The translations under genes and the position numbers were made by a program. This document shows positions 59,400-64,000 of a stretch of 64,000 nt of DNA, one piece after another. Source of the stretch: Candidatus Bathyarchaeota archaeon (GTDB taxonomy: Archaea; Thermoproteota; Bathyarchaeia; Bathyarchaeales; Bathycorpusculaceae); assembly GCA_963815095.1 (NCBI GenBank), contig CAWFFH010000005.1, forward strand, positions 96,001 through 160,000, written 5' to 3'. The notes beneath the pieces are model-generated. The model searched no databases. It saw only the letters and a list, made by a program, of their open reading frames with translations, and was not told the origin of the DNA. The first letter of the stretch is position 1. Every line of letters starts with the position of its first letter.

Positions 59400-59557
59400 C
59401 GGATAGCAGAGTTTTCAGAGAGCGGTTTTGTAGGCATCCCCGATTCAAGGTTTGTGCTCGATGCGGCAGAGCCTTTGTGGAAGAAGAGAGAATTCGGAAA
59501 GGGAAACAGTCTCGGAAAGCATATCACGAAAAATGCTGGGAGGCAATGCAGATTTGA
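59396..59557 (+). CDS. small zinc-finger protein (53 aa)
   Basis: CARC...YHEKCW; AAGGAGG RBS. Confidence 0.65.
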   Translation: MTDSRVFRERFCRHPRFKVCARCGRAFVEEERIRKGKQSRKAYHEKCWEAMQI

Positions 59558-59744
59558 GTTTTAAGGGCTTTTTTGGCAGTAAAAAGCCGCTCAGAAGTTT
59601 TAGAAGGGCGCTTTTTGGGCTGTTTTTGCATGGACTTTTCCCATGCTTTGGGAAGTGCCGTTTTAGCAGTTGCTGATGTAGGCTACAGACTGTTAGTTTG
59701 GCTATTCGTGAATGTTAACGAAACATTGGAGTGTGCATTCTGTG

Positions 59745-60248
59745 ATGGAAACAAGTGAAAAACCTGCTCAGAGCATCAGAAAAAAGCGTTCTGAGAGCGA
59801 AAAAGTGGGGCGTCTGAAGTATATTCAGGAGCTTCTTATCCGTTTAAACGGCAAAATGGATTCCCTCGACCGAAGAGTTAGTAGAATTGAGAAGTACCGT
59901 AAACGAGACTTGGAGTTTGTACGCTCAGACATCGAGGACGTTTGCGCCGACGAGGTCGACAGGGAAATTGTGCGTTTAGTGTTTGAAGCTGGCGATTTGG
60001 GTTTGTATCCTCGGGTTATTGCTCAGCGGCTTGAGAGTTTCAAGGTTACCCGCTTCCAAGTTGGTCGTAGAATTCAGCGGATGAATAGAGCGTTTCGGGA
60101 GCGGCTTGATGAGTCTTTGTTTGAGTTGCGGGGTTGGCGTTGGGCGCTATCCAGTTTTGCCGTTGGCGCTTGGGGAGAGAGCAGCGAGAAGGCTGAGGCG
60201 GAAGTGAAGTCGTTACGCCTGAAGAGGAAGCCTGGCAATGACTTCTAA
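59745..60248 (+). CDS. coiled-coil plus winged-HTH DNA-binding protein
   Basis: DEVDREIV...PRVIAQRL...QVGRRIQRMN...LFE..G..WAL. Confidence 0.7.
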   Translation: METSEKPAQSIRKKRSESEKVGRLKYIQELLIRLNGKMDSLDRRVSRIEKYRKRDLEFVRSDIEDVCADEVDREIVRLVFEAGDLGLYPRVIAQRLESFKVTRFQVGRRIQRMNRAFRERLDESLFELRGWRWALSSFAVGAWGESSEKAEAEVKSLRLKRKPGNDF

Positions 60249-60864
60249 GGTTGATTCCCAGCAAGAGTTCTATCTTAAGGGCATCTACGCCGTTGAAGTG
60301 GTTTCTGATGTGAAGGATGGATTAGTTGAGGTTCGGGCGAAAACAACCTTTCTTGCATACGAGCAACTATTCGAAGGGGCAGTCGTCAGTTTAGGGTGGG
60401 CACGACTGCGAAGCGCTGGGTTAGGAAGAGGTGAGGTTTTGAAGGTTCCGTTACCTCTTATTTGGTCACATCGGCGCTCGGGTAGCCAAAGGGCACGTTT
60501 GAGCAGTGCAAAGCAAGGCTTAAATCTGCATCACTTAAATAAGAAAAAACATACGTTCGGTGAACTTCAAATGGCTACTTGTCCCCAGCATAGCGGCATG
60601 GAAGAAAAAATCAACCACATCAGCAAAGAGACTCAAGAGATGCATTCTGCTCTAATCGGCAGTGATATGAGCAGTGGTTTGGTTAAGAAAGTCGCTGACA
60701 TTGATTCTAAACTCGATTTGTTTATTGCTGGGCAGAAAGCTCAACAGGAACTCGAGGAGCAAAAGCGAAAAGAAAAGTCACGAGTTATAAAGGGTTTGGC
60801 TGCCATTGGTGCAACAGTTGCGATGCTTGTAACATCGCTTGCCGCTTGGTTCCGTGGAAGTTGA
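60238..60864 (+). CDS. viral protein; C-terminal 97 aa (ATG 60571) is a coiled coil with terminal TM, holin/XhlA-like topology
   Basis: internal GGTGA RBS before ATG 60571; probably two genes read as one ORF. Confidence 0.5.
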   Translation: MTSKVDSQQEFYLKGIYAVEVVSDVKDGLVEVRAKTTFLAYEQLFEGAVVSLGWARLRSAGLGRGEVLKVPLPLIWSHRRSGSQRARLSSAKQGLNLHHLNKKKHTFGELQMATCPQHSGMEEKINHISKETQEMHSALIGSDMSSGLVKKVADIDSKLDLFIAGQKAQQELEEQKRKEKSRVIKGLAAIGATVAMLVTSLAAWFRGS

Positions 60865-60917
60865 TATGTGAAAATTTTTAACCTCTTAGCGCTGAGACAG
60901 TCCCGAAGGTACCTAGT

Positions 60918-61524
60918 TTGACGTATAAGTATAAGCTCAAAAATGGGCAAGAGATCGAGACTTCTGTTTTTGTGCCTCCGGAGTACGAGGGCATGCTTGA
61001 GGATCTCCGTGAACTTAGCCGTGATGGCCAGAACCCAAATAAAATGACTGACAAGCAAAAACAGGCAACTTGGCATAGCCTAACTAAATTCGCGTGGGTT
61101 TACCCTATAGTTACCAACAAAGAAGGCTGTTTTGCAGATGGAGAGCAGCGAGTCGATACTTGCATTAGTCACGAAGAGTTTTTTGGTCCCGTTTTGCGAC
61201 TTCAGATAGAGGATATCGACCGACGTCTTCTAAGGCAGGTTTTAAACAAGCTCAAAGGCACCCATGATAAACTACTCGACGCTGAGGAATTCAAACGTAT
61301 AACAGAAGCAAACAGAGCTGACGACCTAAAAGCACTGCTTAACATCTCAAACGGTACGCTGGAGCGATATGACAAAATCCTCGATGCAGCTGAGAGCTCC
61401 ACTGGCGCCATCCTTGATAGCACCTTTGAAGTTATCGTCGCATGCAAAGACGAGCCCGAACAGAAAACGAGTATTTGACGAATTAAAAGCTCAGGGGTAT
61501 GACGCACGGATTTTAACATTGTAA
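60918..61524 (+). CDS. ParB/Sulfiredoxin-like protein (tail in +1 frame after 61467)
   Basis: QNPNKM, SLTKFAWVYPIV, ADGEQRV, LNKLKGTH; tail FEVIVAC..EQK/RVFDELKAQGY. Confidence 0.75.
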
Positions 61525-61595
61525 AAGAGTGGCCTAAGCCCGCAAGTTTTCGCAGCCAAAGCGTCGCAAGCAGCTTCACCATTACCGCTGAGAAG

Positions 61596-62123
61596 ATGGA
61601 TAAACACTTTATCGGCAAACTACCTATTGAAGATCTAGACTGGAAGATCGGAGTTATCACAGGTCGCAGCGGCACTGGAAAAACAACCATTGCAAAGCAA
61701 CTTTTCCCCGGTGAGTACATCAACAGTTTCACGTATGGATCTGAGACTGTCCTGGATGATTTCCCAGAGAACCTCACAGTTGCCGATATTACCCAAGCAC
61801 TCTGCAGTGTAGGTTTTGCGTCTCCTCCGGATTGGCTAAAGTGTTATGCAAATCTTAGTCAGGGAGAAAAGATGAGGGTTGACGTTGCACGTGCTCTCTT
61901 GTTGTCAGGAAAGCGGGTAGTGTTTGATGAGTTTACCAGCGTAATTGACAGGGAGATTGCACACATTGCCTGCATGGCTATCGCAAAATCTGTGCGCAAA
62001 AGCTGCAAGCAGTTTATAGCCGTAACCTGCCACCGTGACGTAATTGACTGGTTAGAGCCAGATTGGGTGCTCTGCACTGACGATATGAGTTTTGATAAAA
62101 AAAAGAATCCACCCAACAATTGA
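61596..62123 (+). CDS. soluble virus-type ABC ATPase (frame open from 61503)
   Basis: GRSGTGKTT, LSQGEKMR, VFDEFTSVIDR, VTCH. Confidence 0.88.
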   Translation: MDKHFIGKLPIEDLDWKIGVITGRSGTGKTTIAKQLFPGEYINSFTYGSETVLDDFPENLTVADITQALCSVGFASPPDWLKCYANLSQGEKMRVDVARALLLSGKRVVFDEFTSVIDREIAHIACMAIAKSVRKSCKQFIAVTCHRDVIDWLEPDWVLCTDDMSFDKKKNPPNN

Positions 62124-62874
62124 GCTCGAAATCCACCAAGTTCCTCTCAACCTCTGGACACTGTTTAGGGAATATCACTATCTAAACACGGTGATTGCTC
62201 CATTCTGCCGTTGTTATGCAGCTTTTCTCAAAGGTAATCCAGTTGCGTTTATTGCTGTTCAGCCCATCAAGTTTGGAACCCGTTTTAACCGCGTTAGCCG
62301 CCTAGTAGTTTTGCCTGACTATCAAGGTATTGGGATTGGCCGCAAACTGCTTAACTGGACTGCAGAGCATTACAAGAAAATGGACAATGCGCCTTTTGTA
62401 ATTATCACGAGCAATCCGCAGCTGATTCGCACGGGGCTAAAGGGCTGGAAGCTTAACAGAGCAGGTAGAGGCGGCAAGATCAATAACTCTAGCTTCCAAA
62501 AGACGATGAAAGGTCCTTATAGGGGCAATCCCGTCGCGTTTATTGCTGTGCAGCCTATCAAGTTTGGAACACGTTTTAACCGCGTCAGCCGCCTAGTAGT
62601 TTTGCCAGACTATCAAGGAATTGGAGTTGGACGCAGATTGCTTAACTGGACTGCAGAGCATTACAAAAAAATGGACAATGCGCCGTTTGTTATAATTACT
62701 AGTAATCCTCAACTGATTCGCACAGGGCTAAAGGGATGGAAGCTTAACAGAGCAGGAAGAGGCGGCAAGATCAACAACTCTAGCTTCCAAAAGACAATGA
62801 AAGGTCCTTACAGTCACGGAGCCGAAAACCGCCTCACAGTTTCGCTGGAATACTTAGGAAAACCTAACATTTAG
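62092..62874 (+). CDS. GNAT (Mom-like) acetyltransferase with duplicated core
   Basis: FREYHYL and RVSRLVVLPDYQGIGIG (acetyl-CoA motif), core present twice. Confidence 0.85.
   Translation: MIKKRIHPTIELEIHQVPLNLWTLFREYHYLNTVIAPFCRCYAAFLKGNPVAFIAVQPIKFGTRFNRVSRLVVLPDYQGIGIGRKLLNWTAEHYKKMDNAPFVIITSNPQLIRTGLKGWKLNRAGRGGKINNSSFQKTMKGPYRGNPVAFIAVQPIKFGTRFNRVSRLVVLPDYQGIGVGRRLLNWTAEHYKKMDNAPFVIITSNPQLIRTGLKGWKLNRAGRGGKINNSSFQKTMKGPYSHGAENRLTVSLEYLGKPNI
62233..62811 (+). repeat. tandem duplication, 288-nt copies at 62233-62520 and 62524-62811
   Basis: hand alignment: 29 differences, 27 synonymous. Confidence 0.95.
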
Positions 62875-63024
62875 CAACCATGTCAGGGAAACGATAGAAT
62901 CATAAGACCTTTTCAAGCGATGTGTTGACTCATTCGTCACGTTTTCAGAAGTTTTAAGCTAACATTTAACATTTCAAGAAAATTTTAAATATTAGTAAAT
63001 ATAGAGTTATTTACTGACCGAAAT

Positions 63025-63504
63025 GTGCCTAATTGTTCAGTGTCTTCGCCTTTAAGTCAAAGCCAAAAAGCGGTGTGGTCATTAATCACCAAAGGCTTCT
63101 CAGTAGTTAACATAGCTGAAAAACTCAACAGAACACGTCAATATGTGAATCAAACCAAAATTGCTGCAGAAACCAAACTAACTACCACCCTTCTGGATGT
63201 TGCACAAGCAAATGATCTACAAATAACAAAACTACAACCAAAAGAAGGCATACTTTTAGGATATCATCCAGCATTAAAACGCAAAGCTATACTCACTTAC
63301 AGCACAAATTATGGTATAAAAGTGTGGTATTGGCATGACAACCCTGAAGAAGTAACCGACTCAGGCTTCCTAAACCAGACAAGACAGTGCCTACTCGACA
63401 TTGCCAGAGAACGAGGAATAGAAATCAACGGCTCTGATTCAATTCACCCAGCCAAACTGGCACACATGATTTTCTCCCAACTTATTCCAGAGTTGAAAAC
63501 ATGA
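63025..63504 (+). CDS. HTH transcriptional regulator
   Basis: LSQSQKAVW...IAEKLNRTRQYVNQ; own TATA TTTTAAATA upstream. Confidence 0.75.
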   Translation: MPNCSVSSPLSQSQKAVWSLITKGFSVVNIAEKLNRTRQYVNQTKIAAETKLTTTLLDVAQANDLQITKLQPKEGILLGYHPALKRKAILTYSTNYGIKVWYWHDNPEEVTDSGFLNQTRQCLLDIARERGIEINGSDSIHPAKLAHMIFSQLIPELKT

Positions 63505-63950
63505 CCGTAAAGAAAAATTTGGAAAATCGAATACGAGGTTGGTTTCCCCAAGAACCGACAATGATCAGTGCGCGATTAAAGGTGAACCATGAATACAAGC
63601 AGCCGCCTTTGATAATTCCTCCCCAATACAATGCCAGCGCGACAAAAATAGCTGGCGGATTTGCAGTTTTTTGGATATTGTTTTTAGGGTTAGAGCTTGT
63701 TATGTCTTTCAATCTTGAATTTCACGCTATTCCACCCTTTCAAATTATGGCTTGGTTATTCGTTGGTTTAACAATAGGTATAATTTCAAACACTATGCTT
63801 ACTAAAAATCAACTCACTCGATTATCAAACGATTACCAATTCACACCAAATAAAAAAGACCGGCTTATTCTTCTTTTACCATTAGTTTCATTCTTATTCT
63901 TGGCGGTTTTGTTAATTGGTTTCTCTACTCTTCATTGCAGGCATGGCTAA
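63501..63950 (+). CDS. membrane protein with N-terminal IRGWFPQEP motif
   Basis: KKNLENRIRGWFPQEP then TM helices; ATGA overlap with the HTH gene. Confidence 0.65.
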   Translation: MTVKKNLENRIRGWFPQEPTMISARLKVNHEYKQPPLIIPPQYNASATKIAGGFAVFWILFLGLELVMSFNLEFHAIPPFQIMAWLFVGLTIGIISNTMLTKNQLTRLSNDYQFTPNKKDRLILLLPLVSFLFLAVLLIGFSTLHCRHG

Positions 63951-64000
63951 TTTCAATTCTTTCGTATACGGTTTCTTTTTTTCTAATAAAAACTTTATTG

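Larger units (their letters stand above)
56023..62900 (+). mobile_element. provirus-like integrated element or remnant
   Basis: starts at the tRNA-Arg 3' end; tightly overlapping same-strand ORFs with virus-type content (MTase, Zn fingers, HTH, ParB, ABC-GNAT); no integrase, capsid or attR seen. Confidence 0.7.

Noticed and set aside
61476-61502. TGA read-through fusing ParB to the ABC ATPase (same frame, two TGA codons)
   Set aside because: The +1 frame gives a more protein-like ParB tail (RVFDELKAQGY); TGA is an ordinary stop elsewhere in the window
1073-61777. Numerous antisense ORFs in the supplied track (e.g. 10378-10854, 21746-22144, 52262-52729, 56025-56585, 61202-61777)
   Set aside because: They are shadows of well-supported genes on the opposite strand
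62233-62811. Diversity-generating retroelement TR/VR pair
   Set aside because: Differences are at third codon positions and many involve no adenine in either copy; no reverse transcriptase in the window
1-64000. CRISPR array, cas genes, IS transposases
   Set aside because: No regularly spaced repeats or recognisable Cas/transposase motifs seen

Overview
Archaeal chromosomal DNA, most likely Bathyarchaeia. This is an inference from archaeal uS12/uS7/aP1, an ATP-dependent ligase, a stand-alone 5S rRNA, an eL22-like protein, DUF1512 and an IRGWFPQEP-type N-terminus. Most of the window is housekeeping: rps12-rps7, a DRG-type GTPase, ino1, PGI/PMI, rpl12, a LipS1-like radical SAM enzyme, a P-type ATPase, a divergent stand-alone EF-2, Isf/AfpA, map, glgP, trpS, lig, trxA, four tRNAs (Ala-GGC, Trp-CCA, Ile-GAT, Arg-TCG) and 5S rRNA. 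Two accessory blocks stand out. (1) At 30.9-37.0 kb, next to tRNA-Trp, is a seven-gene co-oriented isoprenoid/lipid cluster: geranylgeranyl-reductase-like flavoprotein, atypical polyprenyl synthase, amphipathic helical protein, CrtC/tocopherol-cyclase-like beta protein, SCP2-like lipid carrier, a long all-beta protein and a small helical protein. I know of no described function for it, and it is my best candidate for an undescribed system. (2) At 56.0-62.9 kb, downstream of tRNA-Arg, is a provirus-like block with a DNA methyltransferase, a wHTH/Rep-like gene, zinc fingers and a ParB-ABC ATPase-GNAT module whose GNAT carries an almost purely synonymously diverged tandem duplication. Non-coding signals read directly from the sequence include a two-intron tRNA-Trp with a C/D-guide-like intron and a C/D box sRNA predicted to guide 16S Cm1402. 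Several small ORFs fall below the ORF-track cutoff. All family assignments come from motif recognition by eye, not from database searches.
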